DNA from: Sedimentisphaerales bacterium
GTDB taxonomy: Bacteria > Planctomycetota > Phycisphaerae > Sedimentisphaerales > SM23-30
Length of the DNA: 58,896 bases
Direction of reading: 5' to 3'
Assembly (NCBI GenBank): GCA_963663965.2
Contig: CAXXFK010000009.1
Coordinates: 1 to 58,896 of the forward strand
How positions within the stretch are numbered: the first letter of the stretch is position 1; every line of letters starts with the position of its first letter. A program made the position numbers and the translations under genes. The notes below the pieces were generated by a model. The model did not search any database. It worked only from the letters and a program-made list of their open reading frames with translations, and was not told where the DNA came from. Shown in pieces: positions 28,029 through 37,995 of the stretch.

Positions 28029-31000
28029 CTATTCGAATTTCTGTCTTTCATCCGGTCCGGGATTGGCGTAGTCAGGATCTTTGGCGCGGATATAGATATT
28101 GCCGCTATCGAGAATACGGACTTCCAGAGGGACGATAGTGACGCCTTGCTGGTTGATGGTCTGGGCGGTTTCGCTCAGGTCTCTGGTTTGAATGCCTGTT
28201 CTGGGCAGAGGGGGGACATTGCCGTTATAGAAAGCAGTACACCACCAACGTCCTTCTTTGTCCTGGAAAGGGGTGCCGTGGCCGAGGAACCTACCGGCGA
28301 ACTGGCGTGGTCCAAAGGGGCCGGTGATTTTATCCGCGGTACAGTAATAGAGGTTGTATGAGCCTTTGCGGCCCTGATCGGTGGACCAGGCGGTGCCAAA
28401 GTGGACATACTTTCTACCTATTTTTCGCATGGTGGCGCCTTCATGGCCGATACGGCTGATAGGTGTGCCATCGGGACCGATACGACTTCCGGCGGGATCG
28501 ATACGGACAGGTTCAGCGGTGAATTGGGTAAGGTCTTTGCTTAGAGGAGCAATTAAGGTATTTTGCCAGAGCATGTACCAGGCGCCATCATCATCTTTGA
28601 ACAGCGAGGGATCGTGGCGACGGCCCAGAGCTGTACCCATGGGATGCTGCCAGGGACCTTGAAGTTCGGGGCCGGCGGTTAAGGAGAAGTTGGCGCCGTT
28701 TACGGGTGATGGGCTAGTGTGAACCAGTGCCCAGCGGTCACCCAGCCAATGCACTTCGGGGGCCCAGAGCCGCCATTGTGTTTCGGGGACCTGCTGGAAT
28801 CTTTCGGGTTTGTCTTCGTACCAGATACCATCTTTGAGAGTGAAAGGAGTACCCAGCGATTGCCAGTTGATCAGGTTGCGGCTGCGCCAAAGTTGCACTT
28901 TCCAGCCGACGATGGATTCCTGGCCCAGGCCGGTGTTGTAAGGTTCAGATTTTTCGCGGGGTTCATCCGGGTTGGGTGTAGTTCCGGTGAGGTAATACCA
29001 GTTGTCCGGTCCGAGAATGATATAGGGGTCTCGAATCCAGCCCGGTTTGATAAATAACGCCTGGTCATGCGATTTCAGGCCGGCCCGGATTTTCGCCGGG
29101 TTCATGGCGGTTGCGACAGAGGGAGGCTTGTCATCGACCTCGATTCGAGTGGAGATGATGGTCCCATTGAAGGGATTGGGCTCCTGATAATCGCCCGCCG
29201 CGGAGAGGGTATCCAGGCCGATGGAAAGATCATCTTTAGGTTGAACGGGGATGAGTCCGGGTGAAGGCTTTGAGACGGGGGGCTGGCCGTCGACGGCCAG
29301 GGTCATGGACTCTTTTGTCAGATCGGCCATCACGCGAATGGCGCCGTTGGCCGGTTGACTGGCCATGACGCGGGTAACCTGGCCGTTGATTCTGACATCG
29401 AACGCGGCTTTCCCGTCGATGAAGTGCAGGGCGTAGCCGTATTCGCGGCCGCCCTGGGCCAAAACAACACCATGGGGATTACTGGCGTTGACTTCGATGA
29501 CAATGGAAATGGGGAGATTGGCGATCTGGGGCGATTGGGAACTGGAGTTGTTGGCAGACTCCGGGGCTTGCCAATAGCCTTCGACACCCACGTTTCGTGC
29601 CCAGTCTTCCCATTCGGCAACCAGTTCGGCCAGTAGTTCTGGATGCTGGGAAGCCAGGTTATGTTGTTCGGAGCGATCGGTTTCGAGATTGTAGAGTTCC
29701 CAGGTGGGTTTGGTCGGTTGGCGTTTGCCCCAGACAATTTTCCATTTGCCTTTATGCAGGCCATGGGCGCCCTGATGATCGAATGGCAGCGAGCGTGTGG
29801 GTAAAGGTTGGCCATTGATAGCGGCAAGGAGAGATGTGCCCGCGACGGGAGTAATGTCCTGGCCATGATGCGTTTTGGGGTATGATAGCTTTATTGCTTC
29901 CAGAACGGTGGGAACGATGTCCATGAGGTGGGCCGGGTCGGTAACCAGCCGGTTGGGATTGCGGATATATTGAGGCCAGGATACGATCAATGGACTGGCC
30001 AGACCGCCTTCATGGCAGAAATGTTTGTACATATTTAGTGGGGTATTGCACAAATTGGCCCAGGCAGAGCCATAAGCCTGGTGGGTGCCCGGCTGGCCGA
30101 TCTGGTCCAGTTCGGCGCCGTTATGCAGTTTGGTGATGCCGCGGCGAGAGTCTTCGTCAAAGCCAAAAGGCCCCCATTCATAACAGGCGCCGTTATCGCT
30201 AAGGAAAAAGATCAGGGTGTTGTCCATTTCATTGTGTTCTTTGAGGTCGGCCAGGATGCGGCCCACTCCCTGGTCGACGTGTTGGACCATGGCGGCAAAC
30301 GTCGCCATACGTCGGGCCAGGTCTTCACGGCGATCCTGCGGGAGCGAATTCCAGGCGGGATTGGGCTGACCCGAGTAGCCATTGGCAATCGCCTCATCAT
30401 CCACCGGTACCATTGAAAGGGGAGGAAGTTGCGCATCGGCATTGATGAGTCCCAGTTTTTTCTGACGCTCGAAACGGTGGGCGCGGAGGATATCCCAGCC
30501 CTGGCGATAGGTATTGATATTCTGATCGATACTGGCCTTGGGGGCCTGGACGGGGAAGTGGGGTGAGGAATGAGCCAGATAGAGGAAATAGGGTTTGTTC
30601 AATGTTCTGGCCTGTTTGAGAAATTCCAGCGCGTAATCGCTGAAGACATCGGTTACATAAAATTTATCCCGCTGATAAGTCAGTTCCGGTTTAACACTTT
30701 CGGGCAGCCGTACATATTCATCCGGTGTCCATTGGTCGCGCGAATGGGCCAGAAAATCCTTGTAGCCGAAATAATTCTGGAAGCCGCGTTCCATTGGGCC
30801 GGGTATGCCCATATGCCATTTGCCAACCATCCAGGTGGAATATCCGGCATCGCCTAAAATCTCCGCAAGCGTGACACAGGTGGGCAGGAGGTGTCCGGTG
30901 TAAGCCGGGCTGGCGCCAGTTCGAGGCCGGGCAGTGGTGAAAGAGCCTATTCCGGCCTGGTGCGGGTGCAGGCCGGTGATAAGAGAGGCTCGTGACGGGC

Positions 31001-31229
31001 AACAGCGGGCCGAGGTGTTGAACGAAGTCAGCCGGACGCCGCCAGCGGCCAGTTGATCCAGGTTGGGAGTGGGAATTTCACTGCCGTAACAGCCCAGATC
31101 GGACCAGCCCAGATCATCAGCCAGGATGATAATGACGTTAGGGTGATTGGCGGTTTGAGCATAGGTTGAAAACGTGATTACCAATGATGTCAAGACCGAT
31201 AACAAGATAACAGAGAAAAAATGTTTCAT
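28029..31229 (-). CDS. Sulfatase fused to a LamG-like module and a GH43 glycoside hydrolase
   Basis: 'RCCPSRASLITG' sulfatase; 'GVVLAQGG..GYALH...PFNGTI' LamG-like; GH43 motifs 'IRDPYI', 'WAPEVH', 'HDPSLFKDDDG', 'HEG'. Confidence 0.88.
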   Translation of the reverse strand: MKHFFSVILLSVLTSLVITFSTYAQTANHPNVIIILADDLGWSDLGCYGSEIPTPNLDQLAAGGVRLTSFNTSARCCPSRASLITGLHPHQAGIGSFTTARPRTGASPAYTGHLLPTCVTLAEILGDAGYSTWMVGKWHMGIPGPMERGFQNYFGYKDFLAHSRDQWTPDEYVRLPESVKPELTYQRDKFYVTDVFSDYALEFLKQARTLNKPYFLYLAHSSPHFPVQAPKASIDQNINTYRQGWDILRAHRFERQKKLGLINADAQLPPLSMVPVDDEAIANGYSGQPNPAWNSLPQDRREDLARRMATFAAMVQHVDQGVGRILADLKEHNEMDNTLIFFLSDNGACYEWGPFGFDEDSRRGITKLHNGAELDQIGQPGTHQAYGSAWANLCNTPLNMYKHFCHEGGLASPLIVSWPQYIRNPNRLVTDPAHLMDIVPTVLEAIKLSYPKTHHGQDITPVAGTSLLAAINGQPLPTRSLPFDHQGAHGLHKGKWKIVWGKRQPTKPTWELYNLETDRSEQHNLASQHPELLAELVAEWEDWARNVGVEGYWQAPESANNSSSQSPQIANLPISIVIEVNASNPHGVVLAQGGREYGYALHFIDGKAAFDVRINGQVTRVMASQPANGAIRVMADLTKESMTLAVDGQPPVSKPSPGLIPVQPKDDLSIGLDTLSAAGDYQEPNPFNGTIISTRIEVDDKPPSVATAMNPAKIRAGLKSHDQALFIKPGWIRDPYIILGPDNWYYLTGTTPNPDEPREKSEPYNTGLGQESIVGWKVQLWRSRNLINWQSLGTPFTLKDGIWYEDKPERFQQVPETQWRLWAPEVHWLGDRWALVHTSPSPVNGANFSLTAGPELQGPWQHPMGTALGRRHDPSLFKDDDGAWYMLWQNTLIAPLSKDLTQFTAEPVRIDPAGSRIGPDGTPISRIGHEGATMRKIGRKYVHFGTAWSTDQGRKGSYNLYYCTADKITGPFGPRQFAGRFLGHGTPFQDKEGRWWCTAFYNGNVPPLPRTGIQTRDLSETAQTINQQGVTIVPLEVRILDSGNIYIRAKDPDYANPGPDERQKFE

Positions 31230-31356
31230 AACAACTTCCTAAATAACTGGCAAAAATTTACCAAAACCGGATTTTTCCCGGCACTGTAGCTCTGCAACAA
31301 AACAATCTGGCGGATCTATCATTTTGTGCAGTTAGATAACATATTAAAAACAGGAG

Positions 31357-31378
31357 CCTCTAAAGCAATTTTTAGAGG
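31357..31378 (-). terminator. Hairpin after the large sulfatase gene
   Basis: CCTCTAAA-gcaatt-TTTAGAGG, followed on the - strand by CTCCTGTTTTT. Confidence 0.45.
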
Positions 31379-31390
31379 TAGCCTTATTCT

Positions 31391-33700
31391 TTAGTCCGTT
31401 GAGGAAAGCCACTGGATTATCAAAGCGGGTAAATCATTCCAGTCAACCAGGCAATCGCCATTTAAATCGGCTGAAGGACAGGGGATATCATATCCGTTGA
31501 GCCACTGTTTGGCGAGCAAATTAAAATCTGCCAGATTGACATCGCCATCATCGCTCAGGTCTGGATTAGTGAAATGTGAACTATCGTAGGGCATCACAAC
31601 CAGATTATCCATGGTCACATAATTGGAAGCGCGTGCGTTGAGTCCGATGAAATTCTGGCTATCGTGATCCCAGTTAAAAGAAACGATGTCTCTTTGGATA
31701 TCATTGAAATAGATACGAGCGATAGCGGTACCCGCGGCCGTGTGGCCGGGAAAGAGGAAATCAACCTTGATTCTACCGTAAGTCAGTCCAATATTCGATT
31801 GGCTGATCAAGGTGTTGCCTGACCAGGCCCTTAGTATGCCATCGAGCGCCAGATCGATAAAAAAGTCAGAAACCACCTGCGCGCCGCTGCCATCGGCATT
31901 GGGGCGTAAGGCAAACGCATCATTGATATCCTGGGCCACAGCGGCTTCGGACTCGGTCAGTCCAATCCCAAAACCGCCAAAGCGATCCTGGGGATTGTTG
32001 CCGCCATTGATTTCGAGGACATCGAGCATCACGGTAAAACCGCCGGCGGCTTGAATGACCGGATCAATAAAATTATGTTTTAAATACAACACACTCATGC
32101 CATCTCCAGTTGCCATCTGGAGTTTATCATTCAGGATCTGAATAGAATCATCCGAGCCGGAACCCTCATAGGATTCGACATAAGTGATCGGGGCCAGCGA
32201 ACCGGTCATCCCGTCTGGCAGGTCATCGATATCGGTCATATTGGCGCGGGCAAACAGGTCTTGAATCAGGGCATTGGGGTAATCGGGATCCGGCAGATTG
32301 GGATCCGGCGGCGGCGCGATGATCAGGCGATCGGCAGGAACACCGACATGGGTGGCCCAGGTGTTCCAGCCCTGGATCATTTCAGCGAGGAGATCCGGTT
32401 GTTGAGCGGCCAGATTGACCGTTTCGGTGGGATCGGCCTGCATATTGTACAATTCCAGTTCGTTGGCGGGCGAACTACCATCGGTCAGAGAGAAATTTTT
32501 TGTGACAAGTTTGTAATCGCCCCGATAGAACGCGCGATTGTGTTCATGTTCGACACCAATATCCCGGGTGGATATGGGCAATCCCTGTAAAACGGGAAGC
32601 AGGCTGGCGCCTTCCATGGGTAGTACGGAGTGATTTTCAAATTGGGTGGGATAATCCGCACCCGTCGCATCGACTACAGTGGCCATGACATCAATCAGAT
32701 GGCCGCGTTGTTCGGTCCAGGTGCCGCGGACTGCCGGTGCGGTTCTGGACGGCCAGTATAGAATCGCCGCGGTACGGATACCGCCATCGTGGGTGAAATG
32801 TTTGAACAGGCGGAAGGGGGTATTACTCATATTGGCCCAGCCTCCGCCCTGATTAACCCGGGGATAGTTGGTGTTTTCGGAGTTTTCCGGCTGCCCCATG
32901 GAATCGAGGTGATCGGGATTCCAAACGAGCCCATCTGGATCGTTGGTATTCCCAAACAGGCCACCTTCGTAGTTGGCCCCGTTATCACAGCAGAAAAAAA
33001 TCATGGTATTTTCAAGCAGGTTTTCCCGGGTCAGTTTGTTGATGACTCTCCCGATATTCTGGTCTACTTGATCCAGCATAGCCGCATAGATCGCCTGGCG
33101 GCGGGCTAGATCCATCTGGCGATTGGTACTTAAGGTGTTCCAGTCTGGAATTGGAATGGGTGGCGTTGGATGATCTCCTTTGGGAGTGAGTTTAAATCGA
33201 CTGTCGATAACTCCCATCGCCAGTTGGCGCTGGTATTTTTGAAGCCGTATGACATCCCAGCCTTGTTCGTAGTGACAGATGTCCACATCGTCAGGATTGG
33301 GATCGCCGATATCGGTATATTTATTGGCGATCTCGGCGGGAGCGCAGACCGGCCAGTGCGCGGCATTAAATGGCATATACAGGAAGAACGGCCTGCCATC
33401 CGCTTTGGCCAGGTGGTGATCAATATAATCGATGCAATAATCGCCGATGGCGTCAGTATAATGGAACTGTTTACCTTGTGAACCGTACTGGCGTTTGAGA
33501 ATTTCATTGTCGGTTGAGATGAGGTTATACTGGCCTTCCAGCCAATAACCAAATGCATTTGAGGTGTTGGTGCCATCGGCATAGGTACCCATCCCAAAGA
33601 CGTGCATGAATCCACGACTGATGGGGTCACGACCATCGGATTTCAGGCCCAGATGCCACTTGCCGGCCATATAAGTGCGATAACCGGAATTGCCCAGCAA
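31391..33700 (-). CDS. C-terminal part of a large sulfatase (catalytic core + second head-domain copy + dockerin-like double repeat)
   Basis: 'GKWHLG', 'DNGA', 'HDGGIRT'; 'DLSDDGDVNLADF...WL', 'DLNGDCLVDWNDL...WL'. In frame with the 35096 ORF if one G is removed from G8 33733-33740. Confidence 0.85.
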   Translation of the reverse strand: MLGNSGYRTYMAGKWHLGLKSDGRDPISRGFMHVFGMGTYADGTNTSNAFGYWLEGQYNLISTDNEILKRQYGSQGKQFHYTDAIGDYCIDYIDHHLAKADGRPFFLYMPFNAAHWPVCAPAEIANKYTDIGDPNPDDVDICHYEQGWDVIRLQKYQRQLAMGVIDSRFKLTPKGDHPTPPIPIPDWNTLSTNRQMDLARRQAIYAAMLDQVDQNIGRVINKLTRENLLENTMIFFCCDNGANYEGGLFGNTNDPDGLVWNPDHLDSMGQPENSENTNYPRVNQGGGWANMSNTPFRLFKHFTHDGGIRTAAILYWPSRTAPAVRGTWTEQRGHLIDVMATVVDATGADYPTQFENHSVLPMEGASLLPVLQGLPISTRDIGVEHEHNRAFYRGDYKLVTKNFSLTDGSSPANELELYNMQADPTETVNLAAQQPDLLAEMIQGWNTWATHVGVPADRLIIAPPPDPNLPDPDYPNALIQDLFARANMTDIDDLPDGMTGSLAPITYVESYEGSGSDDSIQILNDKLQMATGDGMSVLYLKHNFIDPVIQAAGGFTVMLDVLEINGGNNPQDRFGGFGIGLTESEAAVAQDINDAFALRPNADGSGAQVVSDFFIDLALDGILRAWSGNTLISQSNIGLTYGRIKVDFLFPGHTAAGTAIARIYFNDIQRDIVSFNWDHDSQNFIGLNARASNYVTMDNLVVMPYDSSHFTNPDLSDDGDVNLADFNLLAKQWLNGYDIPCPSADLNGDCLVDWNDLPALIIQWLSSTD

Positions 33701-35096
33701 TTCGGCGATGGTGATGTTGTTGTCGGTACGGAGGGGGGGGTAAGGCGTTGGCCGGATTTACCGCGCCCTGTTGGGTGTAGAGGCCGGACAAAATGGCGAT
33801 CCGGGTGGGGGCGCAACGGGCTGCCTGATAGAAATTGCGGAAGCGCACTCCGCCTTCTGCGAGTTTGTCGATATTGGGAGTGGCAATTTCGCTGCCATAA
33901 CAGCCGATATCTGACCAGCCGGTATCATCAAGCAGAATCACAATGACATTGGGAGCGTCCGAATCGGGAAACGCGACGGCTTCAACCAGTGTGGTTGCTG
34001 AGAGGATATCGTAACCGTTGTGTAATAACGTCAAAGTGAATTGCACATCACCCAGGGTGCCATTGACAAGCGCAGGGACTGTCGTTGTTCCGTTTGCTGC
34101 TGTACCAGTGTTCCCGTTGGGATACGAAACTGGTTTATCGGCAGACAGGATATAGGTGGCACCTGTCTGGATAAAATCAGCCGTCCAGCTTAAGTCAATC
34201 AGGGTGCTATTATCGTTGTCGACCTGATTGGGATTGGCGGAGAAATCGGTTAATACCGGCAGTAAATCGGGTTGCCAGGCTTCGATAGACAGATTGTCAA
34301 TGGTAAAGCCCTGATCATTCTGGCGGGCACAAATGCCAAGATAGTTTTCCCCGGTGTGATCCCATTGGAATGAGGTGACGCCGACAACGCCGGCATTCCA
34401 AAGGATATTGGCATAAACGGTGGTTCCGGCGATAAAACTATCGAAGCGCAGTTCGAGTTCGAGACGGTTGGCAGCGCCGAGGGATGCGCCGGGGATATCG
34501 AAGCTTTCACCTCCCATGGAGGAAGGCCCATTTTTAAAGACCTGAATCTCGCCGCCGCTGTTGGGGCTCCATCCAATCCAGATATCCGAAGAACCAGAAT
34601 TGGCGCTGTTGCGTCCGCGAAAACCGGCATTATTGAAGTCGAAGCCAGCCGACATGCATTCTGAAAAGCTGTTGCCCAATCCGAAACCGACATAACGTTC
34701 CTGATCGTCGGCGGAACCATCGTTGCTGGCAATTGTCAGACCGATTTTCATACCACCTTCGGCAAGAATATCGAGAGCTGTCTGGCCTGTTCCCAAATTG
34801 GTATCCAGGAACAGAACGCCCATATTGGGGCCGTCGGCCAAGTGGAGCGCGTTGTTTTCCAGGTTGGAGAGTGTTTCCCCGGTGTCATTAGGGGGATCGG
34901 AATAGATTTCAACATCGCGTTCATGATAGATTTCGTCCGGGAAAGTAATGATCGTTGTGATACCCGTTGGCTGGTCGGCATCGATATCGGTGTTATCCGG
35001 CCGGTTGAAATTATCGGTGAACAGATTGACATCGCCAAATACGATCAATGGCGAGCAAAATAAAAGCGCGATGAACAGAAACAATTCTTTTTTCAT
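33627..35096 (-). CDS. N-terminal part of the same sulfatase (signal peptide + head domain + Ig-like linker + CAPTR signature)
   Basis: 'LDDTGWSDIGCYG', 'RCAPTRIAILSG'. The corrected junction reads NALPPLRTDNNITIAELLGNSGY. Confidence 0.85.
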   Translation of the reverse strand: MKKELFLFIALLFCSPLIVFGDVNLFTDNFNRPDNTDIDADQPTGITTIITFPDEIYHERDVEIYSDPPNDTGETLSNLENNALHLADGPNMGVLFLDTNLGTGQTALDILAEGGMKIGLTIASNDGSADDQERYVGFGLGNSFSECMSAGFDFNNAGFRGRNSANSGSSDIWIGWSPNSGGEIQVFKNGPSSMGGESFDIPGASLGAANRLELELRFDSFIAGTTVYANILWNAGVVGVTSFQWDHTGENYLGICARQNDQGFTIDNLSIEAWQPDLLPVLTDFSANPNQVDNDNSTLIDLSWTADFIQTGATYILSADKPVSYPNGNTGTAANGTTTVPALVNGTLGDVQFTLTLLHNGYDILSATTLVEAVAFPDSDAPNVIVILLDDTGWSDIGCYGSEIATPNIDKLAEGGVRFRNFYQAARCAPTRIAILSGLYTQQGAVNPANALPPPPYRQQHHHRRIAGQFRLSHLYGRQVASGPEIRWS

Positions 35097-35161
35097 TTAT
35101 TCCTCAGTTTGCATCGTAGTCATTACCAATTTTGATTATGCTTGATAAAGGTTCAGGAACT

Positions 35162-37885
35162 TTATTGGCTATCGGGTTTAACCGGAATCCAAGAATCATT
35201 GAGCCAGTCGATGGCGAATTGGGCCAGGTCGGCCTGGTTGACAATCGAACTATTATCGCCGGCGGGTGATGGACGCAACCAGTTGGAAACCAGGATCGCC
35301 AGGTCTTCTAAATCCACGGTACAATTATTATTGATATCCCCTGGATAAGGGTCACGTCCCATAAAATCGTTAGGCGGATATTGACTGGATGGGGTCCAGC
35401 AGATGGGCTTGTATTCCGGATTGGGTGACGGTAGCGCCGCGTTGATAGCGGTCAGGTGCTGACGCAGTATATCGTTCATTTGACTGGTCAGGGCAGGGTA
35501 TAATCTGGCCAGATCGGTGGTCTCGCCCAGGTCATCGACGAGATTGAACAGTTGATTCTTGCGACTTTCCCATCGGTAATGCAATTTGAAGTCATCTTTT
35601 AAAATACTGGTATCGGGCGTGCTGAATTTTTCGTGTTGATAATGCGGCCAGTGGAACACCAGATAATCAGATGTCCTTTTGACCGGAGTTTCATTGCCGG
35701 CGATAATATGGGCAAAACTGCCGCCTTCAATGCCGTTGGGGAGCGATTGGGGGGCCACACCAGCCAGCTCACAGATTGTAGGCAGAATATCGTAGCCAAC
35801 CACCGGCATTCGTGAAAGCGAGCCAGGTTTAATGCCGGGACCGGATACCATAAACGGTACCCGGATACCGCCTTCCCAGACGGTGGCTTTCCAGCCGCGA
35901 ATGGGTCCGTTGATATTGCCGGGATTGTCATCCCTGGGATAGGTTCCGTTGTCGGCAGTATAGATAATATAGGTGCTGTCGAGCAGTCCGAGTTCCCTGA
36001 CCTGATCCAGCAGGATACCGATCGCTTCGTCCATGTCGAATAACATGGCGGCGTAGGCGGTGTCATTATGACGAATACCGGGAGTTTTATTGTCAAAATA
36101 GCTTTTGGTTTCCTGGCGATAATGGATACCGAGGTGAGTGGCGTAATGGGAGACCTGAAGGTAGAAGGGGTTGCCATCCAGGACCTGGTCTTTCATCCAA
36201 TCGTTAGCTCTTTGAGTGATGCTGAAAACCAGTTTGGGATCGTCGGGCGGGGTTCCATTGCCCTCATTGTTTCCGGTGTTGCCATCACTGGCGTCGAACC
36301 CGTGAGCGTTCGGGCCACCGCCATTGAGATGCCATTTGCCAAAGTGGGCCGCTTGATATTCAGGATTGTGTTGCTTTAAAAGTTCCGGGATGGTCCATTC
36401 CTCAACCGGCAGGGCGTTGATATGCGTTGGCGGTATGATGGGGTTGCCTTCATACAAATTGCCGGTGTTGCGTCCAACAATGTCGGTGAAATGCAAGGCG
36501 GCGGGCGATTTGCCGGTGAGCAGAGCCGCCCGGGAGGGAGAGCAGTTGGGGTGGGAGCTGTAAGCCTGGGTAAAGCGGATTCCGCTCTGTGCCAGTTTTT
36601 CAAGATTGGGAGTTTCGAAGAAATCGCTTTTGGAATCCGGGGCCTGGGGATCGATTAGCACCGAAGTGGTTCCCCAGCCCTGATCATCGGTTAGAATGAC
36701 GATAAAATTCGGTTTGGAGGGATCGGGCGGATTGAAAGCACGGATTGCTGTTTGGGCGGAGACGATTTCTGTCGTATTTTGTTTGATGGCCAAGGTAAAT
36801 TGAATGTCGCCAAGTGAGCCATCTAAGATCGCATTAATTTTGGTATTGCCGTTGACTGCATTGCCGGTATTATTGCCATCGGGGAATATTACTGCTTTAT
36901 CGCTTGAGATGGTGTAGGTGGTTCCTGATGGGAGGAAGGAGGCATCCCAGCTGAGGGTGACCGGTCGGGAAGTAATCGATGAATTGATGATATCGATACT
37001 GGTATTGAAATCGGCAATGGCTGGTTTGACCGCAGCGGCAACGGCTTCGATACTCAAATTATCCACGGTGAAGCCCTGATTATTCTGGCGCGAGCAGAAA
37101 CCGATATAATTATTGTCTGTGTGATTCCAGGTGAAGGTATCCAGAACCACCGAAGCACCGTTCCAGAGGATATTGGCCTGGACGGTCGTTCCGGCATTAA
37201 AGTTGTCAAAGGTCAGTTCCAGTTCCAACCGGTCATTTCCGGAAAGGGCTATGCCGGTTGCCGCGTCGTAATTCTGGCCGCCGTTACTGGTGGGGCCGTT
37301 TTTGAAAACCTGAATGGCCCCATTGTTAACCGGACTCCAGCCGATCCAGATATCCGAGGTGCCCGGATGGAAATTAACGCGGCCACGAAAACCGGTACCT
37401 TGATAATCGAAATTCGCCGTCTGGCATTCCTGTTGGGTATTGCCAACGCCAAAGCCCAGGTAACGATTCAGATCGGTTTCATTACCGTCATTGCTGACAA
37501 TTGTCAACCCGATTTTTATGCCGCCCTCAGACAAAATTTCCGGATCGATAAAATTGTGATCCAGGTAAAAAATGGTCATGTTCGTACCATCGGCCAGATG
37601 GAGAGCATTGTTTCGTATGTTGGTCAGGCTGTCGTTGGCGGCAATATCAATGTCTCCCCGTTCGTTATAGGATATTGAGGCCAATGAGCCACTCATGCCG
37701 GCGGGTTGGCCGGAGTCGATATCCAGACTGTCCGGACGATTGAAAGTATCTGTAAACAGGTTAACGGAGGCATTCGCCGCCAAGGTCAGTAAACAGACTG
37801 TCAGAAATATCTGGAATGATATTCGATTTCTTCTCGCCTGCTGCAATAAGTTCGTGAGCGTTGATCTGCAAACAGATAATGACAT
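35162..37885 (-). CDS. Sulfatase with N-terminal head domain, Ig-like linker and C-terminal dockerin-like repeats
   Basis: 'TDDQGW', 'CSPSRAALLTG', 'GKWHL', 'WEGGIRVP', 'GDINNNCTVDLEDLAILVSNWL'. The 37933 start overlaps a terminator hairpin, so a later start was chosen. Confidence 0.88.
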   Translation of the reverse strand: MSLSVCRSTLTNLLQQARRNRISFQIFLTVCLLTLAANASVNLFTDTFNRPDSLDIDSGQPAGMSGSLASISYNERGDIDIAANDSLTNIRNNALHLADGTNMTIFYLDHNFIDPEILSEGGIKIGLTIVSNDGNETDLNRYLGFGVGNTQQECQTANFDYQGTGFRGRVNFHPGTSDIWIGWSPVNNGAIQVFKNGPTSNGGQNYDAATGIALSGNDRLELELTFDNFNAGTTVQANILWNGASVVLDTFTWNHTDNNYIGFCSRQNNQGFTVDNLSIEAVAAAVKPAIADFNTSIDIINSSITSRPVTLSWDASFLPSGTTYTISSDKAVIFPDGNNTGNAVNGNTKINAILDGSLGDIQFTLAIKQNTTEIVSAQTAIRAFNPPDPSKPNFIVILTDDQGWGTTSVLIDPQAPDSKSDFFETPNLEKLAQSGIRFTQAYSSHPNCSPSRAALLTGKSPAALHFTDIVGRNTGNLYEGNPIIPPTHINALPVEEWTIPELLKQHNPEYQAAHFGKWHLNGGGPNAHGFDASDGNTGNNEGNGTPPDDPKLVFSITQRANDWMKDQVLDGNPFYLQVSHYATHLGIHYRQETKSYFDNKTPGIRHNDTAYAAMLFDMDEAIGILLDQVRELGLLDSTYIIYTADNGTYPRDDNPGNINGPIRGWKATVWEGGIRVPFMVSGPGIKPGSLSRMPVVGYDILPTICELAGVAPQSLPNGIEGGSFAHIIAGNETPVKRTSDYLVFHWPHYQHEKFSTPDTSILKDDFKLHYRWESRKNQLFNLVDDLGETTDLARLYPALTSQMNDILRQHLTAINAALPSPNPEYKPICWTPSSQYPPNDFMGRDPYPGDINNNCTVDLEDLAILVSNWLRPSPAGDNSSIVNQADLAQFAIDWLNDSWIPVKPDSQ

Positions 37886-37929
37886 GAATTTCAGGCCTTT
37901 AATAGATGTTTCATGATGAGCAAAAATTA

Positions 37930-37958
37930 CCATCGGAAGGCAAAATACCTTCCGATGG
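37930..37958 (-). terminator. Terminator-like hairpin between the chassis genes and the sulfatase genes
   Basis: CCATCGGAAGG-7 nt-CCTTCCGATGG followed on the - strand by TAATTTTTG. Confidence 0.6.
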
Positions 37959-37995
37959 CAAAAATAGAGGATTACAATTCACTTTGGTTGTAAGA

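Noticed and set aside
33733..33740. Programmed phase variation as the general explanation of the frameshifts
   Set aside because: Slips also occur in runs of only 4-6 nt and in unrelated genes such as the MCP, which favours sequencing error. It cannot be excluded for the 8-mers without reads.
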